This document shows positions 25,497 through 38,657 of a stretch of DNA of 64,000 nucleotides, piece after piece. Below the pieces are notes generated by a model. That model was not told the DNA's origin. It saw nothing but the letters and a program-made list of their open reading frames with translations, and made no database searches. The first letter of the stretch is position 1. Each line of letters starts with the position of its first letter. Source of the DNA: Ginglymostoma cirratum (taxonomy: Eukaryota); assembly GCA_024137785.1 (NCBI GenBank), contig JAHRHZ010000031.1, positions 7,141,787-7,205,786 of the forward strand. Reading direction: 5' to 3'. A program made the translations under genes and the position numbers.

Positions 25497-27780
25497 GTTC
25501 TGGAAAACGGTGCTTTATTTTTTAATGTCAATGCATGGGTCTGGCCTTATGACAACTTGAGAGCGTTAGAGGTATTGCGTCACTCAAATACTTGGCTTCT
25601 CTAATTTAAAAATCCCAGGGGCAGGACATCTGGAGTACACTGAGCACAAGTCTACACAGCATTATTGGCAAGTATTTTGGATAATAGGACTAGGGAAGGA
25701 GGGAATAGTCATTTCTGTGTAGAAGTAAAAGGATTAGCTGTTGCAGAATGATACCATAGCAGAATGTACAAATTAGTACATAAATATTTAAGGAGCATAC
25801 ATTGTCTGCGCACGGTAATAAGATGAGCTTCAAACACAGTGATTCCAATAACTAGCGCTCAGTATTGGCTGGAAGGTGGACTCTAATAGCAGGAATAATA
25901 TTCTGCCCAAGGTCTAAAACCTCTGTGTAAATAGTGTCACAGAAATTTGATTTCTGATAGTTTTAAGATCCAGTCTGCACAGCGTAATAACAGCAATAAG
26001 AACAACAAGTCTGCACTTCCCCCCATCGCCTCACCACACACCCCCGACACAATCACAGCACAACAATAAATTGCACACATTGCATTAAAATATTCTCTTC
26101 TAATCAAATAAACTGAAGTTTCAGCACATGTACAATTTCCATGTACAATCCCAGTCTATTCCACAGTGCACATTCTCAATGACTTCAGGAGAGTACTCAA
26201 GTATTTTCCCGGCAGCAAATTGAAATTGAAAGACTTATTATGTAAGTTTGTATTTCATTTTGTGTCTCAAGTTAGTGGAATTGGAAAAAAAAATCACAAA
26301 TATTCTGGGGCCTGACCTTGAAAAAACCTTAAATCAAAGGCTACTGATTCAACTCAAAACATCGCAACTGGATGTTAAAATGTGCACCATATCAAACCTG
26401 AAAATTCAGCACAGAATCCTATATTTGCTCATTCAAGGCAGATAAAATCAATTCCAATTATTGCCAAGTTTTTATCAATGTCTTTAATGATGTCACTTAT
26501 CAAAAGTTCCAACATTTCTGTACAGATTACGCATTCTTTGCTTGTAATTCTTATCTTATTCAAAAAATGTATGCACGTCATTACATACGTTAACATAATT
26601 TTAACATTACATTCTTCGGTGCTAGTGTTATTAACATTTACACACAGAGTACAGGGTATTTTGCAGACTAACACACTCCTACTCCTGTATTGCTTTTCAC
26701 ATAATGAACCAATACTTTTTCAAGATAAAGCTAATTATAAAATGATCTTTACCATCCAGTATTGATTGGTCTGTGGTGCATCTGCAGGCTGCTATTTGTT
26801 TCTGTCACTTTCATTTAGCCAGACTGTATTTAACAGTATCACATGCAATTATTTCTTTACAAAATAACTACTGCTGGTAATGAAGTTGGAACCCATTCAT
26901 GGTACTTGTAGTTCTCTTTCAGTTTGCCGTTCAAAATAATTATCAACTCTACAAATCGCTGGTGACCAGATTTAAAGTTATAATATTTCTTTCATTAAAC
27001 ACCACAACCTAGATTACCGTAACTGCCTATATGAACATGACAGACAAAAGGCATGCCACATGACTGCATCAGTATTCATTTAAATGTATCTATACAACAT
27101 TTCTTTTCCAGCTATATTAGGACTGCTGGTAACCTACTTCAGATTTTAAAAAAAGGCTACTGTAGGTGAAAGGAATCTCACATAAATGCTTTAAGCATTT
27201 TCCTGCCAAAGTCAGCAGCAACCATCTCTGCAATTATTTCTAACCCATTGTCAAATGCTTTCTTAAAAGCAATTATCTCAACATTTGTTGTAATGCAATT
27301 TTTAATGTTATTCTGTACCATTTTATCTATTTTTCTGATTTAATAATTCTGTCCATTTCTCATTTCATACGAGCCAATCCATAGATGTAAAATACGCTTT
27401 CAAACAATGTTTTATCCACCTGATCATCAGTGATGAATTGCAATAGAAACAGTTTGAACACTGAAACATTTTCTAAACAAGGAAAATTAGTAAAGAATTC
27501 TCTTCCTCCTACCAGTGTGAAGTTTTACTTCCTTATCTGGCAGATTTGGTCTCCTATTATTTTACACATCAGAAGGTCCTGAGTTTCAAATATGATATTA
27601 AGTGATCTAACAATTACTCAGTGATTATGCAAATGTACTTCAAACTGGCAAGTCATAGTTCACCCAGAAAAGTGTAAATCTACAAAGCAAGCTGTGACCA
27701 GGGAGACAGTCTCTTCACAAGCTGCTTCTTGCATAATAAAAGTGTTTGCCTTGTTTAGACCTTCAGTCGTCTCAGCCCGA

Positions 27781-28125
27781 GTAGGCAATGGCCTAGCGGT
27801 ATTATCAATGAACTATTAATTCAGAAGCCTGGGTAATGTTCTGGGAACCTGAGTTCGAATCCTGCCATGGCATTTCGTGGAATTTGAATTCAAGAATAAT
27901 CTGGAAATAAGAGGTTAGTGATGACCATGAAACCATTGCCAACTGTCAGGAAAACCTATCCGGTTCACTAGGGAAGGAAATCTGCCATTCTTACCTGGGC
28001 TGGTCTACATGTGACTCTACCCACAGCAATGTGATTGACTCTTAACTGCCTTCTGCGCAATTAGGGATGGGCAATAAATAATGGTCCAGCCAATGATGCC
28101 CACATCCCATCAATAAATAAAAAAG
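27781..28125 (+). mobile_element. Full-length tRNA-derived SINE (not HE1) with a LINE-derived tail
   Basis: A-box TGGCCTAGCGG (27789), B-box GAGTTCGAATCC (27851), tail gcaattagggatgggcaataaa...cccacatcccatcaataaataaaaaa. Confidence 0.85.
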
Positions 28126-28320
28126 TGTAACTAGAACATTGCACAAAGATTGAATTCAAAACTGAAACGTATTTGATTTTCCAACGATCTGGCATACACC
28201 CAAAATATTTTTTTAATAAATCTAAGACCATTTGAACCTAACAAGATCCTTAACGATTATGAGAAACATAGATGATCTAATAATTACCATTATGGATCAC
28301 AAATATAGCAGTTAACTTAC

Positions 28321-28405
28321 GAACACTAGGTTGATATCTTTGCTTCAGGTCGTGCAGTAGTGTGTTAATCTTCTTCCAGTCAGAATTTAGATCTTCAATT
28401 TTTCC
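28321..28405 (-). CDS. DMD: Dystrophin exon 50 orthologue (85 nt, phase 0-1): GKIEDLNSDWKKINTLLHDLKQRYQPSV+C
   Basis: Acceptor tatattttAG|GGA, donor TTC|GTAAGT. Aligns to human RKLEDLSSEWKAVNRLLQELRAKQP. Ends in phase 1, matching exon 51. Confidence 0.93.
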
Positions 28406-30299
28406 CTAAAATATATTAGGTAAAAAGATAAACCTTAACAAGGTGGTACATACAGCCTAGCACTTTATATTCCATTATTTGTAGTGATTAGAGTGGTAAT
28501 TAGCAGGTTACGCTGGACAGGTCAGTTATTTTCCTCACAGTTTGAGAATCAGACATTAACATTGCAGATGTATATTGAGAGATAACCACTACTTCAGTAG
28601 CTGAAAAAGTTCAGGTTTGCCCAAGATGTGCTCAACACCCTTAAGTACATTTTAGTCTGTACCCTCTTGGCAGCAGAGACAAAATTCTACTCTCCCCATC
28701 ACTTCATATCACATGAAGACTAATAACACAGTCTATTCAGCCACCATCTGATGAGACGGTAAATGACAGACATTTATTGACTTCTTGTTTTCTTCAACAA
28801 ATAACTCAATGAGGTATTTTATCTATAAATGCTGAACATCACTAACAACCAACCTCTGTTATTCACGTTAGTAACACAACACTAGCAACACCTTGCTGAG
28901 CAGTGTAGGTGCAAATGTGTACCTTGGAATCATTCAAACTGCTCTAAGTAATGATTGTGTCTGTAAGAGATCATCAGCTATACAAATGTACTGCTGACTG
29001 TGCACAGAGATCAGTGGGAAATGCTAACAACTGCTCTATGTTTGCTGGTGTAGTTTTAACAGGTTATTCACTATTTTCTATTTTATTTTATGCTGGTAGG
29101 AAAATTGATAACATTGAAACTTAATCAGCTGAACACCAACATAACAATAGTAACAGAAACATTACATTTGCTAAGGAAAGGCAACTTTTTTTTACATTAG
29201 GACTTTTTGATTGATAAGTCTAGTATTAATACCAGACAAATATTAATGCAGGTACAGTAACTCTTCATAAAAAATGACTTAAGACACAGCCTCGACAACT
29301 AGCTGAACAGCACATAGCTGAAACACCATAACCTACTTTTTTTCTCTGGACACTTATTAATCTTTCCTTTTGTTTTAGATTTCCACCATTAATAGCTTTT
29401 CCCCTATACTTTATTCTTTTTATGCGTACATTTTCACAGCCAATTTCAAGGTAGGAGATTCTTTATCGCATCAAAATGAGCTGATGCACGTCCATTTCCT
29501 AGTTGTCTCAAGATCTTATCTTCTTGAATTTAAATATGCACGTGGAAACATCTTTAGGGTGAGTTCTAGAAGTTTCCCACAGAAGAGCTATCTTAAGGTA
29601 GGCTATTCCTTGGAGATGGTGCAAAGTATGATTCACCAAAGCCCAAATGCCCTGTACATTGTCAAGGGAGAAAATTGTGGCTGTATCTGACAGAGGGATT
29701 ATTACATTCTTATATTGTAAAAAGGCTGAAGGGGTGTACCAAGGAAAAGCTTTTATGATTTATCCTAATTATATCATTTTGTTTATTGTATATTGGCGGC
29801 AATTAACTGAATTGCTGAGTGGAGCCTTCACGTACAAGAGAAGGACATTAGCATAGTTATAGAAATTTTATAAATTATTTCTTGCTTACTTTTTATCTTT
29901 AGTTAGAGGCTTTTAAATGGCATTTGTGAAATACTAATTTTTAAAATTAATTGAAATTTCTGTTCCTGACAGAAGCATGAATTGGCATAATCTGTTGCAG
30001 CTGTTAAAGAGCAACTCCGAAACATCTCTACAGGAAAACAACAACAAACAGATGCTTCCAATTGTTTGGAAAAGACAAGATGATTAATTTACTTAATAAC
30101 AAACTCATCTAACACTGACATAGAGTGAGGCATGCGTGATGATCAGGAAGTAGTTTTAATATGGGAAGCTGAAATCACACTTGGTGATACATGGTAAGTC
30201 ACATAGTAGAGTCAGGAAACGCTTTATCATATACATACTCTGGAACAGCTGTCCCTGCATTCTGGAAAGGTTCCAGCGGATTGAAAAATCCCGAATGTA

Positions 30300-31530
30300 A
30301 CAACTCAATTCAAGGCAGCAGGGATACAGAAAGCAGGAAAGTATAGGCCAGTGAGCATAACATCTGTAATTGGTAAAATGCTGAAAGCAGTAGCAAGAAA
30401 TATAGAAAAGTGCAATACAGTAAAGATGAGCCAACATGGTTTTATACAAGGGAACTCATGTTTGAGAAATCTATTAGTGTTCTTTGGGGATGGAGCAAAC
30501 AGCATGGTCAAAGGAGGACCAGTAGATTCAGTGCATCCTGATTGAGAAAAGACCTCAAAAAGGTGCCATGTAAAATAGGTCACGATGCAAGCTACGAGCT
30601 TGTGATATTGGAGGTAAGATATTAGTATGATGAAAGGATTGACTAATTAACAGGAAACAGTGTTGGGTTAAATAGATCATTTTCAAGTTAGCAAACTGTC
30701 ACAGTGAGAGTGCCACAGAGGACAGGGCACACAGAATAATTGCCTTTGTTGGTTACATTGCATGGGTTGGCATTGCACACCTTCACCAGTTTTGAGAGAG
30801 TCTGAACTGCTTGTTAGAAGACAGTTTATGACACCTGAGAGTAGTTGTGGACCACGGGGAATCTCTAGTCTTTAACTGGGAGACAATGCAAAACTTAGAC
30901 ATTCAACATTCCTTTGAGAACTCAGCCAAACAATCCTAATGGGGCCATCTGAAAAATAATGATGCTTGGTCATCTGTTCAAATTGCTTCCATTGATATCG
31001 TTGTTACAGTTGATAAAGTCTCATTACAATTCTATAAGGTATTGGCGAGACTACTTACAGTATAGTCTACAGTACTGTTTCCCTCATTTAAGAAAGGATA
31101 TACATGCATTGTCAGCTGATTGTTTTGAAGATGATGCTGTCACAGAAGGAGATGTTGAGCAGGTACAGCCTATATTCAATGAAGTTTAGATAAATGAGAT
31201 ATGCACTTATTGAAGCATGTAAGGCTCTGAGCGGGTTTATGTTTTGAGCATATTTCTTCTTGTTGGGAAAGTTGGCGTCCAGTGTTTAAATCTGTGATTT
31301 AAGGTGAAGGTGAAGTCTTTGGGATCCTCCTCAGCAATGACTGTAGAAGCTAGTTCATTGACTATATTCAAGACTGAGTTAAACAAGTTTTTGATCAATG
31401 AGGGATCCATAGGTTATGGGGATAGCAAGTGTGTGGATATATGAACAGCCATGGTCTTATTAAATAGCAGAGAAGGCTCAAGGAATCAAAAGGCTTATTC
31501 CAGCTCCTACTTGTTAGCATCATGTGATTT
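30300..31530 (+). mobile_element. Fragmented CR1 ORF2 and 3' end, interrupted at about 30730-31030
   Basis: YRPVSITSVIGKML...SQHGFIQGNSCLRNLLVFF; later LQYSLQYCFPHLRKDI and a CR1 tail. Confidence 0.8.
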
Positions 31531-31707
31531 TATGAACAAGTAATTTGGGCATATGTTCTGTGGTCTTTAGAAATTATATATGCTGTTTGTGAGGGTAATT
31601 TACTAGGGTGTATTTTAAAATAAATTATGGAGATGAAGTTGGCATAAACGAGCTTTTATGGCCTCCTCTCAGATATTTTTTGTCATGCAGCATAGAATTC
31701 ACTAAAG

Positions 31708-31897
31708 AAAAAAAAGCTTTATTACATAATGGCTTTCACATGCTCACGGCATTTCAAGTTCTCAGTTACCAACTAAGTACGTCTATGAGACAAGGAAACA
31801 TGACAGTATTTTTATGCATACCAAGGTCCTACAAACAGCAAAGTAAAAAATGACCAGATAATTTGCTTTTGTAGGATTAGTGGGATAAATGTTAGCT
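31708..31897 (-). mobile_element. DeuSINE (SacSINE1/AmnSINE1-like) 3' half
   Basis: Minus strand attatctggtcattttttactttgctgtttgtaggaccttggtatgcataaaa resembles the Deu-domain; homologous to 61290-61457. Confidence 0.65.
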
Positions 31898-34136
31898 TCC
31901 ATTTTGGATTGCAACACAGCAAACTATTTGAATATTGTGAAATAGCTGAATATAGTAGACTGCAAAACTATTCTGAAGACTGATTAATATGAGTACTGTA
32001 TATTCAAGGCATTTGAAAGTACTGTACCTCTTCAACTGACAATTTGTATTATATGTAGTATGAGCAATATTTCATGAGGCTCAAACTGTGTTTTCAAATG
32101 TTTGCTACACTAGGTGCAGGTTAGAACTAACCTCGTCTGGAATCACTAAACTGCTAAATATATAGCTGGGCTTCTTACTCAGTGACATGTTGCCACCAAG
32201 TCTCTAAACTTCTCTACAGTAGTAAACACACAGCTGCAGAAACCTTACTTTATCAGAGACTTTTTTTAAGTTTATAACAAATCAATTAAACAAGTTTTTT
32301 CTCATTAATGCATTTTTGTTTGTTTCTTGGAATAACAGCTTCTGCAATGACAGACTGTAATTAACTGCTTCATAATTGTAAGTTCATAATGAATTTATCA
32401 CGACAGACAGATCATATTTTTCTGAAAAATGCATCTGACATTTGTTTTATGCAGAGGAAATGACACTTGAAACACAGTCGCTGAAAAACTACAAGGATTA
32501 TTAGGTCATTCCTTTAACTTTTGTAGAAGCTTGCTGTGGACCAACTGGCTGCTTCAATTCATATGTCAGAGCAATGATTACTCTTCAAAAATACCCAGTT
32601 GATGTGAAACACTTTCCAAGAAAAATTCTCTCTTTACTGTAACAGTAAACCCATTCTCCCGTTGTCGTGAAAATAAAGCTAAACGTAGTGCGACCTCAAA
32701 GCAGGAGATTGGAAAGAAGCCACATAAGCCACAGATATATAATGTACCTGGCCAGGCATTTCCATTTTCCTATTTAATCTCCTGAATGCTCAGCATAAAA
32801 GCATCTTGGTCTCCATTCAGCTGTGGCCTGCTGTCCTCCAACTAGTATTTCTTCCCTGTCCCAGCTTAACTTATTCCATGGAGTACTTCATCCATTTCAA
32901 GTGAGAATTTTGTGAAACATCAGAAACTAAAAGGGAGTTTTGCAGAGTCCAGCCTTGTACCTTTCTGCAGAGATTTACTTCAACTTACATATTATAGAAC
33001 TCCAACACTCTGATTCCTTGATCCCTATACACACAACCTATTACAAGGGGTAGGGATAGATAGAATGAGCCGGTGCTGTTGATGGCCTGGGCCCCTAGAC
33101 CCCAACTCAAGTGTAGTGGCGTGGCTTTGACCTGAGCACTTTGGATGTTCTGGAGATCTGGCCCTGATGTACCCTCATGTCCCAGGCCCTGCTCAGTTTG
33201 CACCCAATTATCCCTTAATTAACACACAATCATCCGCTTCCTAGTTTAATTTAGCTTCCGGCATCCCTGCCAGACCCTACTTGATGATACCAAATTGGGC
33301 CTGCTTACTGGCTGGAGCAATAGGGAGATACTGTACGACACTAATCAGAACCAGAGTAATCCCCAATTTTAATTTTGATCATCTAAGAGGAGTCAGAGAT
33401 AAATATTTGAAATACCGTCCTCCTCATCCTCAATTGGTTACGATCTTAGTTCTCTTTTCATCCCTCTTGAGAGATTGCATGGCTTTTGGGTGGCATGGGG
33501 AACCTCTTTCTCATGATACACAATTTATTCCAATTATGTGAGACAGAATGGAGAGGACAAAGTGTATTTTCCAGTCTGTCATTGCTTGCACCTTTCAATT
33601 TCTGTGAAACTCTCACTCTCAACCAGATACCTAACTGGATTCAGTTTCTTTGAAAAAGTCAATGATCTGAACTGCTTTTGCTGTGTTTTGTTTTGTTCAT
33701 ATTATTTGTGTTGAACATCCTCACACAAGCTGTTACAAGAATTAACAGCTTGAGTTTTGTTAAACATTGAAAGAAAAACAGCACAAACTTCACCAGAAAT
33801 AAGAAAAACTGAACACTGTACAGTATTTGCACGTAACTTACACATTGTTGCACTCCAGTTCATTTTCTCCTTTTGCACCTCAGGGAAAGATGTACTTATT
33901 CATCAAATAGTTACTGAATATACTCCAACAGTAAATTATTTCCCGAAAGACAACATATTAAAATGATGACTTAAAATTAAATTTGAATTATTCATCACTT
34001 TCACAGTTATCATTTTGATCTGACTGCTCCTATTTCAATTGATAAAATCTTGCTGTCCAAGTTGCATGATTAAAATAAATAATGAGAAGTTAATAAATCT
34101 CTGATAATAAACTGTTGGTATGTAAGGTGATGTTAC

Positions 34137-34238
34137 CTTTAATGGCTGAGGGATGGGCTTTTCCTTAGAGAAGTGCTGTGCCTTGAACAGTATGCCTTCC
34201 ACATCAGCCTGCTTGGCTAATACTCCTTCTTCTGCCTC
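34137..34238 (-). CDS. DMD: Dystrophin exon 49 orthologue (102 nt, phase 0-0): EAEEGVLAKQADVEGILFKAQHFSKEKPIPQPLK
   Basis: Acceptor ttctgtttttAG|GAG, donor AAG|GTaaca. Same length as human exon 49 (ETEIAVQAKQPDVEEILSKGQHLYKEKPATQPVK). Not in the ORF track. Confidence 0.95.
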
Positions 34239-37004
34239 CTAAAAACAGAAAACAGTTAAGAATATACATCATTCTGAAATGATCAACAGAATCATTATTA
34301 GGTGTTGACTCTTTTACAGATCACAGCTCATTCCTTACTGATTATATTCCAACAATTTGCCTGAACTGTTTTACTCATCAGAGTTTGGGAGAACTTTCTG
34401 TTTATCAAATCTCAACACATAGTCATTGTGAACAAATCCTGAATGTACCATAGTTTCTATTAATATCTGTTTTACGTTATTCTCGCTTCTTAGCGGAAAC
34501 AGGCAGTAGTTTCAATTTCAATTATACTCGATTACAATAGCAATGACACCTTTTCAGCAAGTTTTCAAATTCAATTCACACCTAAAATTCACCAAGTTAG
34601 ATATGAGGAAATCACATGAGAATAGATGGAATTAGAAAAAGCTGTTCATCTAATCTAGTCAATTTCTTCCACAGAATGTAAATGCCAATTATGCTCCCCA
34701 GCCCTTAAAGATAGTTCACCAAAAGCACACAAAGTTGATCGAAACTACACCTCTTATTATTCCAACCCAATTAATTGCTGTCCCTAGATAACATTTCTAA
34801 GGTCTTAAGAACATAGAACCATCAATTGCATTGATGTATCTGATGATCTAAGTCTTTAAATCCTATTCTTAAACAGTTTTTTTTTTAATCATCACTGAAG
34901 GATTTAATTAACCACTTTTTCCATTAGTCTGTTTCAAATATCTATTACTATTGTCAGTGAATAGAAATTCTGTTAATCTCTAGTCTCACTTGAGGCACAT
35001 TAAATTCAAACCTATATCCTCTAGTGCTGTATGCATGCTGCTAAATGAAACAACCTGTTTACACTGACATTATCTATTCCTCTCAGCATTTTAAGGTCTG
35101 GATTAGTTTTACATTTTTGTCATCTTCTCTCTAATGAAAAAAAATTAACATTTCTGACAATCTCTTCATAACTTGGACCTAAATAAAAATATTACATTAT
35201 GTTACACTCGTCACCAACTGTTACATAAAAAGATGTACAAAACCCTGATGATCCAGTCAACTTTGATACAGGAAAATGCGTACATGTTGAGTCCATAAAG
35301 TTACAGATAATTGTCTGAAATATTAACTCACCATTGACATACACAAGAGTAGAATGACAGGTCTTGACTTGCGACAAAAATTTATCTTTAATTTCATTAG
35401 TGAACAACAGCTTCACAATGACTTTCACTGATACAAATAATTAAATCATTTTGCAGTTGCACCTTGCTGATGTGAACAATTGTCAAATTACTTTCTAGGT
35501 ACTTTACCATACTATAAACCACAACAAAATCAGCTTAGCATTCTTTAGCTACTTTGCTTCAGTGGTAAGATTTCTTGGGCATGCTATCTGGCAACATAAA
35601 CCGTTGAGAACGGTAAATTTTGTAAGACTATTGGAAAGTCTCATTTCCATTTCTAATTAATGATTAACATCTTATTCTTGATAGGTAAGGAAGGAAAACA
35701 AAATAAATTCTGGTTTAGTTCTCATGACACCCGAGAGAATAATTGTAACTGCTTTGTCAAAAACAATTCAAAGACGCTTTGATTGCTAAAGTGATAATGA
35801 TCCTGTACAGTGCAAGGAGATATCACAACATAAAAATTATTTATTGATTCCAAGTTTATCTTCCATTCAATTGTAAATTCAGTTTCTTACTCTCTTCTTA
35901 ATTCAATATACCTTAATTTTCTTTCAGAATCTCCCATTCAAAAGATTCACAACTGGATGTGTAAACAATTTTGTTCTATTCATTTGTAGGCCATGGGCAT
36001 CACTGACTGGCCAGTAATTTGTTGCCAGATCCTAGTTGCTCTTGAAAAGGTGGTGGTGTGCTTTCTTCTTGAGCTGCTGCAGTACATGTATTTCCACATC
36101 TATTAAGTCTCTTCCCTCTACAAACCATTGTGAAATGAATGATTACATCATCTGAAATCCATGATGGCACTTTCTAATTATATTACTTCTTTCCCGTTTG
36201 CAGTGATAATTTCATCCTTAGTGAAAAACCAAGAAAATAAAGCAGAATTACACTTGAAACTGACGGCAGATCACCCAAGGCACTGATTTGTGTTTTCTGG
36301 AGCCAGAGAAGGACTTCAGACTTTCTTGCACTGACTTCAAGCAGTGCACTCATTAAACTACTTTAGACACAATCACTGCAGCTTTCCTTTCAAGTCCTTT
36401 AGCATCGTGATTTACAAATATATGGCCATTCCTCCCAATGCGTCAGGGCATGTCTTGGAGCTCTCAACCTGACAGCATTGTGAAAGTAACCTGACCACTT
36501 GGATAAGTAAGCAATGCACCAGCAGCTTTTCAATGGCAATTAGGACTTGGCAATTAATGCTGATCTTGATGCAGACTCCCAAATTCCATGAATGAATGGG
36601 CAAAAAGACCCAAAAGAAGTAAAGGATTTGTAACTGTCCAATTACAATTCACAAAAACTACAGCCCTCCTGTTTCTGTAATAAAATCAACCCACTGTTGT
36701 TACAAATGATTATCTACAACTGACAATCACCTGAATCAATTTTAACTGCCATGCAGGATTATCACTTGATTTTGGACTCCCATTTCAATCCTTAAATATG
36801 GACATATTGATGGCCAACTTCTCTGCTCTGTAAAATTTCCCTAGTACATATATTTATGTAGTTGCGATATAAGCACCCACATTAGCCCAGTATTCCCCTT
36901 TTAAAATCAATGCTACTTTCGTTATATTCCAATCGCCACTCTATAAAGACATGAAATAATCTTTATTAAAGTCAATATAGCACTCAAAGTGGAATCCTGT
37001 ATTC

Positions 37005-37580
37005 ATGAAAGCAACAAGTTGGAGGTGGGAGGGATATATAATTAAGCCAGTGTTGGTGGATCTGAATGCAAGCTCCGTAGGAAATAAATTCAGGGTGGGA
37101 AGTCCTATCTTACTGCAATTGAGACCTTTCAGTGTTCAACTCAGGAATGTGGAAGCTTCTGAGGTTGCCACCACTCGAATTAACCCAGTGGAGGATGGAC
37201 CTGCCAACATTCAGTTTTCCAATGCAATGAAGTCCTATTGTTTGTTGGCTGGGAGCGGCCTCAGTCGCTCAGGCAAAGAAATCAGGTTAATCGTGGGGGG
37301 GAAGAGATGTTGGACGCTAAGAAACATAACCCTGTCTTTGCTTCTGACCCACCCTGCCCCCTTCTCTCTTGTAAACTCCCCCATTTCTAGAAACAACTCC
37401 TCACAAATTACATTTCTTGTTCCTGGATCCTTGCACTTAAAGTTTGCTCTTCTGTCAGCAGCCACAGCCTTTTACATGACATTGCTAAGCACAGAAGGAG
37501 CCTCTGATTGGTAGGCAGGACTTCTTCTCTGGGGAGCGCAAGTCCAGAGGAATATCCTCTGGTATCCTCAGTGATTAGCA
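37005..37580. mobile_element. Non-autonomous DNA-transposon/MITE-like GC-richer repeat
   Basis: Composition and motifs (caatt...aattaa, ctctgattgg) resemble the segments at 55387 and 47640. The 169-aa ORF here has no recognisable domain. Confidence 0.35.
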
Positions 37581-38416
37581 GATTCAAACCTGATGGTGAA
37601 TCAGAGACCAAAACATGAAGCTTCTCCTTGACCATAACTTTATTTACTTGTATGCAGTCTTAAAAATCTCCTGAATGCCATTGCCCAGGCTGTTCCCTTA
37701 TTGCATGTGTTTGTACACAAACAATTTATAACCATCCCCTTTTACCTTGAAAAAGTGAACTGGCTTGGTACATACACTCAGAACCACCTGATTGGAAGAA
37801 GATCAGGCCAACTGGTTTTCCATGGAAAAATGCTGCCTTATCACTGCCTTGGTGTCCAGCTGGTAGTGGAGACCCATTCTGCTCATGGAAAATTGCCCCC
37901 ATCATTTCAGTTGAGGCCAGTAACATTGTCTTTTTTTTATGAATCAAACTACAAGTTAGTTACTGGTGAAAACGAGCCACGAGATTACAGTCTAAAACAA
38001 AAGATTTTTAACAATACAAGAATCAAAGCAAAGTACTATGACAAATAACCTCCCCCAGTCTAAATTCAGAATCAGCATACTTAAAAGATGAATTGACATG
38101 TAAAAGTGCAGTCGATTATAAATGATAAATATCACATTAAATGGCAGATACAACTTAAACAGATCTTATGGATTGGCTCAGCATTCCATATAGAATATGT
38201 TTAACAATCACAGTCACAATGTCCTTTAAAACTCTTAGTTCCCCAAGAAGAACTTCTACCTGTCTCTTTCTTGTAGCTGGCCTGATCTCCAACCAATTGC
38301 AGCTCCCACACACTCGAATGCTATAGACACAGACTTCACCATAAATGGCACACGTCTGTTGAATCTCCTCAACTCGGTCTGGATGGCATAGACTATCAAA
38401 TTGTGTAATATATATT

Positions 38417-38657
38417 TCCTAAACAACTTGTTCAAAATGTCACTAAACATCTCTGGAACCTGTGGGACTTGAACCCAATCCTCCTGGCTCACAGACTGGG
38501 ACACTACAACAGCACCACAAGAACCATCAGAAACCATAAAATTATTTTCTAATCAACTCGTTCAGAAATGTTGTTGAATACCTCCTCAGCATGTGGGACT
38601 TGAACACCGGTCTCTTGGTCAGAGACAAAGACATTACCACTGTACCACAGGAGCCCT
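38417..38657 (-). mobile_element. Tandem pair of short tRNA-derived SINE heads
   Basis: Two units of about 110 bp, each with an A-box-like tggtgcagtgg variant and B-box gttcaagtccc on the minus strand. Confidence 0.7.

Noticed and set aside
37005-37514. 169-aa ORF
   Set aside because: Lies in a MITE-like GC-richer repeat; no recognisable homology.
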